Below, piece after piece: positions 27,223 to 40,300 of a stretch of 64,000 nt of DNA. Made by a program: the position numbers and the translations under genes. The number at the start of each line of letters is the position of its first letter. The first letter of the stretch is position 1. Below the pieces are notes generated by a model. That model ran no database searches. It saw nothing but the letters and a program-made list of their open reading frames with translations, and was not told the origin of the DNA. This DNA comes from Haplodiscus bocki (Eukaryota): contig OZ296648.1 of the NCBI GenBank assembly GCA_965655095.1, positions 189,906,001 through 189,970,000 of the forward strand, in the 5' to 3' direction.

Positions 27223-28810
27223 TGCACAAAAAACACGCAAGTTCTTCAGGAAAACAAGCAAAAGGGAGTGAGAACGATTACTTTTCGGAAAAAAAACTCG
27301 GGTAAGAAAATCGTTTTCACCCAAATAACCTGCATCATTTTACTCAGCAGTTACTGCGAAAAACAACTGAACATGAAGCCTTCTACAATTCAGACTTTTC
27401 TTTTTTTCACTTTTCCAATTTTTTGTCTCTAGTATACAGGTTTTCACTGGGTAAAACTGTCGGATATGCACAAGTTAATCAACATCTCGACGATTCATAT
27501 GCTCCCTCCTGTAGTCCCGTAGAAAAAGTTCCCATGAAAACCTTCAAAAATTCGTACGAAAACGCTCATGTGCACACTGGGCAAAGAACCAAAATGCCAA
27601 GGGCAAAGTCCCCGAGTAACTATGAAAGTATTTAGTACAGATGAAAACTTTTCAGAGTCCAAACAGAATTTTTTTGCATTGCTGCATCCGAAAACAAAAG
27701 AAGAAAAAAACAGCTCACTATATTAATATTTCAACTTGAGGCTAGAAAATGGTGGATTAAAAATTCAACAGTAACTGGTTATTCAGTGAAACCATCAAAA
27801 ACTTAATCACTAACGCAACCCAATACATTGTAGTTACCTATATCATTTCCACCACTTGTTTAAAAGAAGCATACCAGATTGAAATTGAAACAATGACCCA
27901 AAATTTCAAATAGTTACAGAAATCATGGACATTATGAAAAACTCCAGCCGAAAAGCGTATATAAAAAAACAAGTTTTAATCAGGACTTCAAAGACATGTC
28001 GCATCCGAGCGTCAATCCCACTTTGGATTCGCCTAGGATTTTTTTGTTCTCGCAGATCTTGACAAAAAACGCATAAATTGGTAAAGGCGAAAGTTCAACT
28101 TCTTGGGCAATCTTTTCTAAAAATAAATCAATGAAAAATAGACAGTTAGAGCGGATAACTATAGCACTAGACTAATGACGCGACACGTCTTGCAGCAATT
28201 ATCAAAGCAATATTATCAACATCAGTGGTTGTTCAAGCCAAATCATTGCAATGCATTAAGTTTCTCAAGCAGTAAAACGGTTGGATAGAAAGAAGAAATT
28301 GATCACGGTAGAAGAAAACTGATAAATATCATGTCACCATGAGGGTGGAGGTAGCACGAGGGAGTTAAGATTGAGTCTGACTCATGCCAAATGGAATACT
28401 CAGTCAGCTCGAAAAAATCATTAGAAAACGTCGAGGTTTAAATCAAGATTTTGAGGAGATTTTGCAACGAAGAGGTCTCAATCGTAACTAGAAGAGTTCC
28501 GTTAATCTTTGCAAATCACAAAAATCTTGACAAAGAAAACCAGAAAATGAATGCAAAACAGTTGACCTCGTTGCATTCAACTTCATCAAAAATGCAAGAA
28601 AAATAAACACCGACAAAACTGTAAGATAGCAGTGGACAATTGATGTGACACCTATTGAAGCAATTGTCAAAGCAGCATTGAAACTGTTTGCTCAAGCTAA
28701 ATCATTGTAAGGTTAAAAACTCAAACCTAGTCAAATGGGGTGGGGCGGAAAGAAAAAATTGAGCCTGGTAACAAGAGCTGATAAATCTTATCACCATGAG
28801 GGTGAAATTT

Positions 28811-30568
28811 TCACGCATCTACTACGATTGCGCCTGAATTCCTTTTGGAAGAGCTGAGTCGTTTCCTTTTGTTGGGTGGTTTCTCGAGTGGAACTTCCAC
28901 ACGTGGTTCACAGCTCGGCACTTCAAGTTGCGTAGTCTCATCGTGGACAGGCGTGGAAGCTTGCACATGCGCTGCAGTTTTATCTTTTGTATCAACAGAT
29001 TTACGTTTTGAGCTCCACTTATTTGCCATGTTTTTGAAGCTGGCTTTCGCTTCACTTGAGGCAGTGAGAGGCCGCGTGGGATACTTCTTCTTTTTGGCTT
29101 CTAAATAGAAGATGCTTTGAAGATTCAAACCCATAGACAGCAAAGGTGTCACAAAATTTCATGTAAACTCAATGTTTCGGAGAGTACGAATTAGCCGAAA
29201 ATACGAACCTTCCCAGACACTCTTTCGATCTTCCGGAAATTCTTCTCTATCTGTTTGTTTTGTTGGTGAAATCATGCAGCGTGGAAGCTGTTCCGAAGTG
29301 AAAATCAGCCTACCGATGTGACGCCCGTACTTACCGGCGCTTGTAGTGTTAAATTTCAACAAATTTTTGTCCGTCCCAGAGAACTTGCGGCCCGTAATCC
29401 TCCTGTGGATCAGTGTTAAACGGAATAAGGTTTTCTGCTTGTTTCACCTACAAACAAACAATGACTAGTGCGAATTCACCCCGGTTGGAGGACATACCGG
29501 AAAACAATCTTTTACTCGTATATGTACATAAAATAGACGATTATAAGATTGGTTCACAAAATGTAGCATAGAAGTCTCAAGCAGGAAACAATTTTGTGTA
29601 TGTGAACTTATGTTCATGCCTAGTTTTTGTTAAATTGGGTTGATTTTTTCCGGTACGAAGGCATTTAGTCTCCTGAGGAAATCTGTAGTTTTTAGTCGAC
29701 AAACAAAATCCCAGGTCGGTCACTAAACAGATCATAGAACGCTTGAAAGCAACTTACATCATCTTTCAAGGCTTTCGCTATTTTACAGGATTCATCGACG
29801 TTTCTTAAAGACAACTTTTTCATCGTCGCATTCAGAGAATTAAGGGACCCTTCGACTCTTTCCATTAGCCTTGTATTTCTATTAAAAGCTTGAGTCAGTT
29901 CCAGGTGCTGAAACTGAAAACAAAACTTTCATACGAGATCAAAATTTGAGAGTCAAAAGCAGAGAAAACTTACATTCTCCTGACATTCTGCAGGATTTTG
30001 GGTTTGTACGTAGTTCTCTACGTCTGCCGGAGTCAAACATTTTTTTCTTTGATTAGCAACTGGCGTGACTGACGGAAACTCTGTTGGAACGAAATCTGAT
30101 AAAACTTTCGCCAGGACAGCGTCATTGTCAACGATTTGCCCAACATCATCGAATTACAAGACCTAAGAATTATGTAAGTTCTATCGTCTTCAAAGTCAAA
30201 AATGCAGCCACCAACAGGATCACAAGTTTGGGAGAATTACTCTCCTGCACGGATAATAATTTTGCCTGCGATCCAAGCGGTATCGTACAGCAGGTAGGAT
30301 TTGAAAGAATCACTTCCTCGTGATCGAAATGAATGTTTTCCGTAAGGGTATTTGGATTATCCAAGTTAAATCTCAGGGTCGGCTCCGGGAAAGAAATATA
30401 TTTACCAGCGCACTCTTTTGACATCTCCAGAAGATAGGCATCTACAAAAACTTCCGGTCCTCTCGCGTACACTTTGCAGGTGAAAACCTGCCTGCCATTT
30501 TTCACTCTCACGGTGTTACCTACCTTCAAAAGAAAACAGAACCTAAACCACATAGCTTCCTGAGACAA
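28811..30568 (-). pseudogene. Spliced accessory gene: N-terminal domain, coiled coil and BEN-like C-terminal domain
   Basis: GT-AG introns, e.g. 29101-29208 joins SAGKYGRHIGRLIFTSEQL...KSVWE to EAKKKKYPTRPLTASSEAKASFKNMANKW. Coiled-coil exon ~29758-29913 (RLMERVEGSLNSLNATMKKL). Frameshift near 29365. Confidence 0.6.
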
Positions 30569-32358
30569 CTACAAACCTTCACTGGATGCGAGTCAAAGGA
30601 AGAGTTTCAGGATTAGCAATGTTATGATGTCGATCAAGGTATGAAGAATTGGGACGCAAACAATGCAAAGGATCGCGATTATTTACGTTGAGAAAATTGT
30701 AACTTGACAAATGTTGCTGTTACGCTGTCTTCATTATCTCCTAAAAACTAATTTATACAAAGAGCGAAACAAACCGTCAAGTCAGCTCTTTCTTGCAGGG
30801 TTGCGATGATACTATCTGATAGCAATGACTTAGAGAAGCTCCTTCCGTCGTCGAGACAGTACAGCAGCAAATGCACGGACTTCAAAGTCTCTCTGATGGA
30901 TTGATCTACGTCAGTGAATGTGCGATTGAGGTGCATTGGAGGCTTTACCGAGCGCCTCGAACTTGTGATTTGAGAATGCATTTGCGGAAACGAAAAAAAA
31001 GACAACTCGCAAAAAAACTGCTTCTGGTACATTTTTTTCATCGGTTTCATTTCACCAAATTCAGTAAAAAGCCTACTATTGTCATTTTATCATATAACAT
31101 CGAATTGTCTACTTTTTCCCGGGCACATCAAGTTAAAGCGTGCAATCACAGTTTGTAACTAGCACAGAGAAATACTGAAAAACGCCATAAGACCATTGCG
31201 ACACTTTTCGGTACTGTGAGACCAGGTAAACTCGGACGGAAATCACATCTAATGGATTATTTTTCGACACCATCATTTTTCGAAAACACCAGTAGAGTCC
31301 TGCTAACGAATTTTTTTTGGTATGGCGACTCTATGGTTCACTGAAACTTTTGCGCCAGAATGATGGTCAGCGACGAATTTGAGCTTTTTGTCGTTTTCCG
31401 TGGTAAAGTATACTACTACGAAAGAAAACAAATCCCTCTGACCGTAGAAATTCTCCGCAAAAGTGCCAAATCGGCGTGAACATCACTTTTCCAAAGGAAA
31501 GTCACACCTTTACTGTTCTTCGGAACTCGCAGAACGCTGTTTCGACAATCCCCACCGAAAATTCCCTTTTAAAGTCCAAAAAAAAATCAAAAATTCCCAG
31601 ATAGAAAATCTCCGTTTGAACACACGGAAATTCTCTTTGTGAACACCAGCTGGACAGCCGGAAATTAATGGCCTCATGTCGGAATGAAATTTTGAATTTT
31701 GACGAGATCGATTAAAATTTTCCTCTGGAAATCAGTTTCGAGGTTACCTGTTTTTGTCTAATAATGTAATATTTAAGCTCAGAGCTAGCCTCCTCGTATC
31801 GTACAACCACTGTTTTCTCTTAAATTTTCATATTTATTTTTGAGCCATTTCTGAAGCTCCATCGATGGAAAACATAGCACCACTATTGTTGTTCTCGTTT
31901 GACTTAAACTTAAAGATAAGTAGACTTTCGACATTAATCACAGAGCCCAAAAAACGGGATATTATTTCGACTACTGAGGTATATTCAAATTATCGATCGA
32001 GTTTGGCAATTGATTCAATTATTTTCCAAGTGAACAGGTAAGGTGAATATATTCAATAAAACATAGGTACCAAAAACGCATATCAACAGAACGAAAAAAA
32101 CAATTGCGGTAAATGGCATCCGCTATATACAGATGAAACATCATAACTCTCAAAATGAACAAAGGAAACTCAGCAAAGTTCAACATTAAGTACAAGCGAT
32201 CAGCATGAAGGTGATCCACGGAGTCTAATCAAGTTCAAATAAACCAGTCAATATTCCACTTCAAAATGAAGCACTTGAAATGAAAAACAACAATGAGCAT
32301 TGTTGATTCAAAACCAATCAGTTGTCAATTCGTTAGATGAGAACAGATGTCAGGAACT

Positions 32359-33161
32359 TCAATTCATTATCTCTTGCATAATTATTGTCTGCAGTTGGCG
32401 AAGTCCATTTTTCTTCAAACGTACCCCATCTTCGGAATCGATGATATTGGCACACGACAGCATCCTTCCAACGCCAACAAAACAGAACCCACAACTCCTC
32501 CGGTTGTGGTACAGAATTTCATTCAGTTCCCTAATGTCCAGATTGAAGTCGTTGAGCCTTCTGGTCACTCCCAGAACGAACACTTGCTTGCCTTGGTAAC
32601 GAAGCTCTTGGGACACACAGCAGATATCATGAAAAACCTAAACATTGGATTTTATTGGGTGAGCAAGTGTCTGGGCCCATAGATACACTCAGAAAAAGAC
32701 GTTCCGCAAACGAGAGCTTCATGAAGCTAGTACGCGTTTGACGATACTTTTGTTTCACCGGTAATTTTCCGAAGGAATTAGAAATAGCTTCAACTCGTAA
32801 GTTCAATTCAACGGTTCAAAATTCAGAAAATCCACTGTACGTTCAGAAATAAAAAGGTACATGAACATTTGGAACGATTTCACATTTCAATCATTAAGAA
32901 AAAAGTTATTATTTCTATAGGCGCCATTTGCGAGCGGACAGTTCCATTTTTTGCACGCCTCGCAAAACAATTGCCGCCTGCCAGTAGAAGAGCAGTAGAG
33001 CAGTTCAGATTGAGATAAATTATGGCACTTAGTACATCCATCAACCTCCTACCTGACACAGACAGTACATTGCATTGAGTGAAAATCATCTCTCCGAGAA
33101 AAGAATCACCAGCCAGAAAATATTCACTGGACTGCTGCTTCACAGTGCATTTGAAAGTCAA
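32359..33161 (-). pseudogene. Spliced SGNH/GDSL-hydrolase-fold (OSK-like) gene
   Basis: Block I LAGDS, block II SVSG and block III LLAGGN in 32913-33161. Block V DGVRL (DGVHL-like) in exon 32359-32637, acceptor TTTAG at 32638. The donor appears mutated (AT at 32912). Confidence 0.65.
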
Positions 33162-36059
33162 ACTTCCACTTTTGAGAACGAACTGAAAAAATGGTCAGTG
33201 GTAAACAATTTTGCGGTAATGGCAATGTCAGCGGAGTCAAAAACTGTGATTACTTTTCATCGTAAGATACTACTGACTGAAATCCTGAACCGGAGGCTTC
33301 TCTATTACACAGCGGGCGTTCAATGTTTTCCATCAGGGAAGCATTTTGCTGCTCTTTCTTCTGCTTTTTCAAATCAAGTTGTTGGCGAAGTGTCAGGGCA
33401 CCAGAAAACTGCAACATCACATTCACTTTGAAAAAATGCTTCCTCCAAGGCAAAATTTTATACAAAGGAAACCGAGAAAAAATTCCAGACCCTTGCACAT
33501 AATGCGTATCAAAACTGCCCATTTTTCAGACCTCAAAAACTAGTAAGAAATTGAAAACTATAATTACAGAAAACGACCATATCGGAAGTGTCGCTGAACA
33601 ACTGTATCTTCCTCCATCCGTCAATTTGTTCGCTGAAGCTGTTTTTGAAAACATTCTCGGTTCCGGAAACATTCAGTTAGATTAAAAAGACCAGAAAATT
33701 GCATCGCAAAAAATCCAGATAATTCACATACAAACTGGGCTACGCAAAAACTGCACCTAGAGGAAAACTGTTCACTTAATCCAGTTCTAAAAAGTTACCC
33801 ACCAGCGGGACTCCAACACCGAAGAAAGTAAGCAAACTCATTTTTTCCATCAAAATTCAGGCTTCAAAATATCTCGCGAAAGTTCCATTTTTGAATTGTG
33901 TCATGGAATTTGGTTCCGCAACTTCTTCAAGTTCTTCATATATGACGTATGAAACAGATTCGAATCAGGACATGAGAAATGATAAAAACGACATGCTTCC
34001 ACCTTCAGAATTTCTAGCAAACATGAGTTGGCAGCGCCCACACAAAAAAGAAACTTCAATCGTAATAAGACTGCGTTGGCCAGCTCAAACCTTCTTCACG
34101 TTTCAGACAAAGAAAGAAAACTGGTTTTGACTTCATCAAAGTGACTTGAAACGTTCATGACGCAAAAAATTGCGGCTTTAATTCGAACGGGATTTGTCGA
34201 AAAAAAGGAGGAGTACTCATTCGACTCACAGAGAGTCTTCGACATAGAATTATTCTGTGCTGCCTACGAATGCTTAACCTATCAACTTGCTAGACCTGTA
34301 AGATCTTTTCAAATGTCTACAACCGTAAGACCATCGCTTTACATATGGGATTAAAGGTCATCATTTGTTCGAAACGGAGGCTTGGTTAAGGCTTCTAAGA
34401 AAGATCATTTTTCAACGCTGTCATTTTTTTCAACAACCATTCGGAAGCGCTTGAAATCGAATTCAGGTTTCAATCGACTGCGATTGTACTTGGAGTAATT
34501 ACGGTATTCTACAGTTGTCCTTCTTTAGCCCAGTCATTTTACAGTCCAGTACATAAGAATAGCTCCCGTTTCAAGACAAACTTAACTTAGTTTTTCGAAC
34601 GTTATCAGAAGCTTAAGCAATACATGCCAATATTACATGCTACCGATCGACATCTTCTACTCCACATTGGTAAAAGAGCAAACCTTTAATCTTATGGTGA
34701 ACCCGGGTCGACCCGCCGGGTGGGAGTTGCTAATAACACACCTCTTCTACATGCAACTCGCTATTCCTGACACTACAGCCTCAGTATGCCATTTCTCAAC
34801 AAAATTCTTGTTCGTCGTTCAGCATCCTAAACCCGGCCTAGAAATTAATGGCTTCGTACCGAGAGTTGCCGGAAAGTTTTTGAGTTGGATACAATTATGC
34901 TCAAAATAAATCTCGCTAGTTGCATCATTACATGTTTTACATTAATGTCATGAACTCAGCTAATTGAAGGTTATTTCAAGCGCTTGTGGAGAAAATGTGA
35001 AACCATTCTCGGATGAATATAGAGTGGACTCCTGTTATGGCGCTACGATGGGGAGCAGAAAAAACAGACTTTGTAACCAGTATACGATGCTACAAGCAGA
35101 ACTAAAGCCAATAAGTTAAAACGTAGAGAATTTTTCGGCAATATTTTTCAACAAATTTTCGAAGGTGTGAAAATACCTGAGGAAATGTTGGTTCATTTCC
35201 GTTCTTTCTCCCCCAGCCCTAGAGACGAAATTCTTATTTTCCCTAAGATGATTCTGAGCTGCTCAGTATGGTTTAAATTTCTGTTCAACGTCAATGGAAT
35301 TATGTGTTTACTTCAATTAGCTTCAGTAAGCAATCAGTTTTTTGGAAGGTACTTTAGCTTCGTGATTTATGTGGAATGTCTACTGACTCGCAAAAGATCT
35401 AGTCAGTGAACAGACTCGTAGCAGTAACTAATTTTCGACTCGGGGGATTATCCACGGGGTCGGAAATAACGGAAAAGACCCGAAAAAACTCATTAATCCC
35501 GTTCAAATTCAATTGGCAATTTGTAGAATAAGGTTCCCCTGAGATAATATGCTTTCTCGATATTCAGATCTTACTTTCGGCAAAAATTAGACCTCCTTCA
35601 CTTAGAGCATTTTTTGGAAAATCTTTTGATCTAACGCTTTCTGGGATTTTCATTTAACCATGAAATAACAGTGCGCACTGAAGCCAGTATTCGTGAGGAA
35701 AAACATTATGGAGCCCGCGATCAAGCATGGGCAATCAGAAAAAAAGGCACCATTACACTGCAACTTGCAGAGCGTCCTTACAGTGTCAATAACGGTCCCA
35801 TATAATAAACGAAAAGCATCTAAAACATCAGCAAGTGGAGGTAAGATTTATAAATTAGGTCTTCGTATTGCATATTTAACTACATCGACTAGTTAGAAAA
35901 TGAATTGAAAATTATCAAGGAAGGCTCGTCCAGATTTGTTAATTGACAGATGGATGAGAAGTACAATAGTATATAAAAAAATTCAAAAAGAGAAGGAGAG
36001 AGGTTGAAGTTCATCGTCAAGTGGATAGCTAGTCCAGATGAAACACGACAGCCTTCCCT

Positions 36060-36760
36060 CAACTACAGCGCTTTCTAGGAAAAGACATCTTATTCCTTTT
36101 CCGCAAACTTCTGCAGGAAATCTCAGATCTTAAGCTTTCCTGGAAATTTAGAAATTATTCCGTCATGGCAAAATTAGATTTTGTTCTCTTTCCGCGGATT
36201 TTCTCCAGGAAACCCCAGATCTTAAGCTCTCTGGAAATTTAGATTTTAGTCCTCCGCAAATTTCTGCGGAAAAGCTTAGATCTTATCTTTCATGCAAATT
36301 TAGAAATTATTCCGTTATGGCAAAAACAGATATTATTCTGTTTCCACAGATTTTGTCCAGATAACCCCAGATATTAAGCTCTCCGGAAATTTAGATCCTA
36401 GTCTTTTTCCGCAAATTTCTGCGGGAAAGCTCAGATAGTACGCTTTCTGGAATTTTAGATAATATTCCGTTACGGCAAACTTAGATCTTATTCTTTTCCC
36501 GCAGATTTGATCCCGAAAACCGCAGATTTGATCCCGAAAACCGCAGATTTGATCCCGAAAACCGCAGATTCGATCCCGAAACCCCCAGATTTTAAGCTCT
36601 CTGGAAATTTAGATCTTGGTCTTTTTTTCCCAAATTTCTGTGGGAAAGCCCAGATCTCACGCTCCCTGGAAATTTAGATCTTATTCCGTTTTGACAAAAC
36701 TTGAACTGTTCTCAGGAGTTTTCTCCAGGAAACCTTAGATCTGACGCTTTTGGAGATAAT
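36060..36760. repeat. Second-tier AGATCT array, right (includes ~4x 21-bp CCGCAGATTTGATCCCGAAAA)
   Basis: Same unit and same orientation as 18935-19575. Confidence 0.85.
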
Positions 36761-37344
36761 CAGCCCTGTTCAGTGCTGTTTCAGAGTTGTTTTTCTCTGA
36801 AACAGAGTTGTTTCAGAGCTGTTCAGGGCTGTTTTCTTCTGATTCAGTGCTGTTCAGCGCTGGTCAAAATTCGTCACATTTTGGTCTGAAATAGTAAAAA
36901 AAACACTAATTAACACAACTTCTGCTTTTTTTTTCAGTCCACTTTTTACTCAAAACCCTACATTTCAGCCTTTTTAATATTCTACAGGTCACGTGCGACC
37001 AAAAAGCATGAGAAAAAGGCGGGTGCGCCAATTCGAATTTTTGGCTGAATTTTCGCCGGAATGATTTTTTTCATAGCTGGTACACTCCAAAAGAACATGT
37101 TTTTCGTGATCCCAATACTTTTTCGAACTTACACGAAGCATTTTCGTCGGTTTCTCAATTCGTTTTGATCCAGCGCTGAACAGCGCTGATTCAGAGAAAA
37201 CCAGTGGTGAACAGCTCTGAAACAGCGCTGATCAGCGCTGGTTTTCTTAACCCATTCTGAAACAGCGCTGATCAGCGCTGAAATTTATAAAATCTCTGAA
37301 ACAGCGCTGTTCAGCGCTGATTTGCTCTGGGACTTCAACCCGGG
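36760..37344. repeat. Right subterminal CAGCGCTG repeats and right TIR
   Basis: CAGCGCTG clusters at 36760-36862 and 37170-37344. Confidence 0.88.
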
Positions 37345-40300
37345 AAGATAGGAGCGGCTGGCTAAACTATCGATGACGCAACGTTTTCATTTTTATGATA
37401 CCCTTCAAGGGAAGAAGCTGTACCCTGTAGACGTTGTTAAAAAGGTATACATCTATCGATGCCCTATAAATATAAAAACAGTAGATTTTATTATAATTGT
37501 GAGTGGTGCTTCAGGAAAAGTCAAAATTAGGTAGTGCCAGGGTATGGTGAAGAAAACTTAGAGATATATTATTCGAGTAGTGCACACTGTGAAACCCCCT
37601 GATAATTCATTAGAGGATGAAGCATTATAATAAAGAAGCTGGTTTGTTATGACATAAGCGAGTCGAAGTGATGACGTATAAAAACACTCTAATAATCGGC
37701 CTGTGGTTTTGTATTAAATTTATCTGAAGCTCAAGAAACTGCTTCCAGTTAAGTACGGTAGGAAAATTCATATAGCACCAAGAGCACTGGAACGATACTT
37801 CGTTGTGATCTGCCGAAAAGGCGTATCAGGAATAACAATTATTGAACTATCCTCTCCCAATAAGACCGAAAGATATTGAAATTTCTCGTAGGTTTCGACA
37901 TGACCTAGTAGGAGGAGAAACATGGAGAAAACATTATAAATATTGGAAGACTGACAGATTAGGAAAGACAAAAACGATAAATACAGCATCTGTAATGAAT
38001 CCAAAAGCAAGTGTACGGTTTTTAAACCCTCAACCGAACTTTTTCTAAATGTAAATCCTTGGAACTTCGTGGGAAGTGCGTATTGGTGTCATAGACCTGG
38101 TTATTGCGTTCTTGGGTTGTTTTTATTTTAGTAATCACTTAGCTTGCAGAACTGTTACTATTTTTGATTTATCTCTTGATCAAGCTGAGAGTTGCTGTTT
38201 CCACTTAGTTTTGAATGAAGTAAGTGTCATCTGTCAGCTAGTTCAATGAAACGGAAGGGAGAAAGATCAAAAGTACAGAGTTCTCAATGCCACTTCCTTC
38301 TACTTCATTCTCTTCTTGATCTTCTATCTTGTTCTATACTTCGTGTTCGTAATTGATCTTAATTACCTTGATTCGACCTTATACCTTTTCTCTTTTGAAC
38401 TATGATAAATTATAACTGTTAAGAAGTTGTTTAGAGTTCTGCAATCAATTGTAGAATCTATCACAATTTGTGCTTCAGGAAGCAGGAACGATCCGGCTTC
38501 TTCAGGCTAAAAATAACACCATTGTCCTCATATTTGAGGTGACAGCCTTTGATCATGTTATTTTTTGGGTTTAAATGGTTGATATTGAAATGATTCGGTT
38601 TCGACCTTCGGCGATTTCTAAATTGAACTTTCTCAATGACTTTGGTACTGTTTTAGGGATGCTACAATCTCTCACATCTGACCTATTTAGGTTATCAAGA
38701 AACTCAAGCTTCCTTTTTGATGTCGATTGTGTTTCTGCACACTCTCTTAAAACTACTTTTGGTCTAAACAGTTTTTGCTTTTTGCTATGGTTAGATTTGG
38801 TTTATCTTCAGTCATCGCTCTGTTTAAATTTCTCTGTGACTGTTGCTGGCAACTTATTGTTTCCATCTGTATATGGTACAAAGCTCTGTCACTTTTTCGG
38901 ATGGGGATTTTTTATATCATGATGGAAATCTTTTTGGCCCAACTTTTCTCTTATTGATCCCTGAGTTTATTTCAGGATTCTATGTCTTTGCGTAGTATAT
39001 CAAACATTGTGATTATTTGTTGTGTGCATAATTCATATCTTTGAAATTACTTGTTAAGGTATCTCACTTAGATACAACCCTGTTTTTTCATAAATGAATG
39101 CAATGCCTCGAGTGCTGTTGCTATAGACCCAAAATTTCTTGTACGTGCCACAAGTTCGTTTGTTCTTATGTGCTTATTCAGGATTTGCTTTCCTTTTCCT
39201 TTACTTGCGTTCACGTCAATGCTATGTATTTATCTGACTAAGTCACAAGTCTTTCAACTTGTATTGTCAGGTCAGGTTCAATCATTGATTTTTCACTTGT
39301 AAGTTTCTGGGAGTAATTTTTATAGTTACGTCTGTCTTTGGCCTATTGCACGAAACCTAGTGCAACGCGGCATTGTGTTTTGGTTTTCCGTACCTGATTT
39401 GGACATCCCACTTGTTTTTTTACTTTAGGGCGATACATTTCCGGCCATATTGCTCTGAACATTCTGTTCTTTTTTGATAACCACGTCCCAAATTTTTAGC
39501 CTGCCAAAAATTTTGGCTAAAGTTTTTGGCTGAATTAGCTTGGAAACACCTAAAATGTTTAAAGCAAACCGTCATGTTTTGCAGGCATTTATGCCATACG
39601 CAAAAGATGGCTTCCTATAGTTTTGGAGTGGGTGCAAAGTCATTGTTTCCAAAATACCTACTAGTTTAGAGTGTTTTCTGTTGTTTGACAGTCTAGTTTT
39701 GTCAGAAAGATCTTTAGAAACAATCGAATATTTTTTTGCTTTAGCCTGATTTCTCAATGTTAAGGCCACCAAAAGACTTGTTTTATCTGTTCGAGTCAAT
39801 AGTGGAATGGTGAAAAAACAATTCATAATGCCGAGAATCAATGAGGCTTTTGATTTCCTCTCCTGGCCATTTTTCGTCCAAGAAGTTTCGGAAAATTGAA
39901 AATTAAGGACATTTCCAGGTTTATTCTCTCAAAAAACGCAGGCTTATGGTATGGGGTAACTACATTAGACAACAGGCAAGTCGGAAAACCACGAATAACT
40001 TCTGCATTACAGGATTGTGTCTCCTGAACTTTTCAATATTCATGTGTAATGAGGACAGAATCGAAGAATTGTTCATGGAAACTTGTTCAGCAATTTCTCT
40101 TGTCCCTTTCTACCCATTAGTGGTTATTAACATTTGAGGTTATAACTCTTAGTTTTGCCCGCGAGGAGAGACATGTGATTGTTGGGCATGGATTTTTTGA
40201 GAGGCTTCGGAACTGCTCAGCAACAATTCCTCGTGAGGAAATACCATTTTATTTTTCGGGGAGGTTTTCAGTTCGGGTAGGCAAATGAGAGCTTAGTTTA

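Larger units (their letters stand above)
18384..37344 (-). mobile_element. Large (~19 kb) CMC-EnSpm/CACTA DNA transposon with cargo genes
   Basis: Left end CCCGGGTTGACGTCTCAGAG and right end CTCTGGGACTTCAACCCGGG are inverted. AA flanks both ends (2-bp TSD). CAGCGCTG subterminal repeats at both ends and an internal Tnp2-type transposase. Confidence 0.92.

Noticed and set aside
34661-34681. Internal CCCGGGTCGAC resembling the element terminus
   Set aside because: Only ~11 bp of similarity and no subterminal repeats; probably chance.
33891-35409. Short plus-strand ORFs inside the CACTA element
   Set aside because: No recognisable domains; cannot be told from chance ORFs.
38000-39500. Possible minus-strand Gypsy integrase relic
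   Set aside because: Too degraded; no DDE or zinc-finger motif recoverable.
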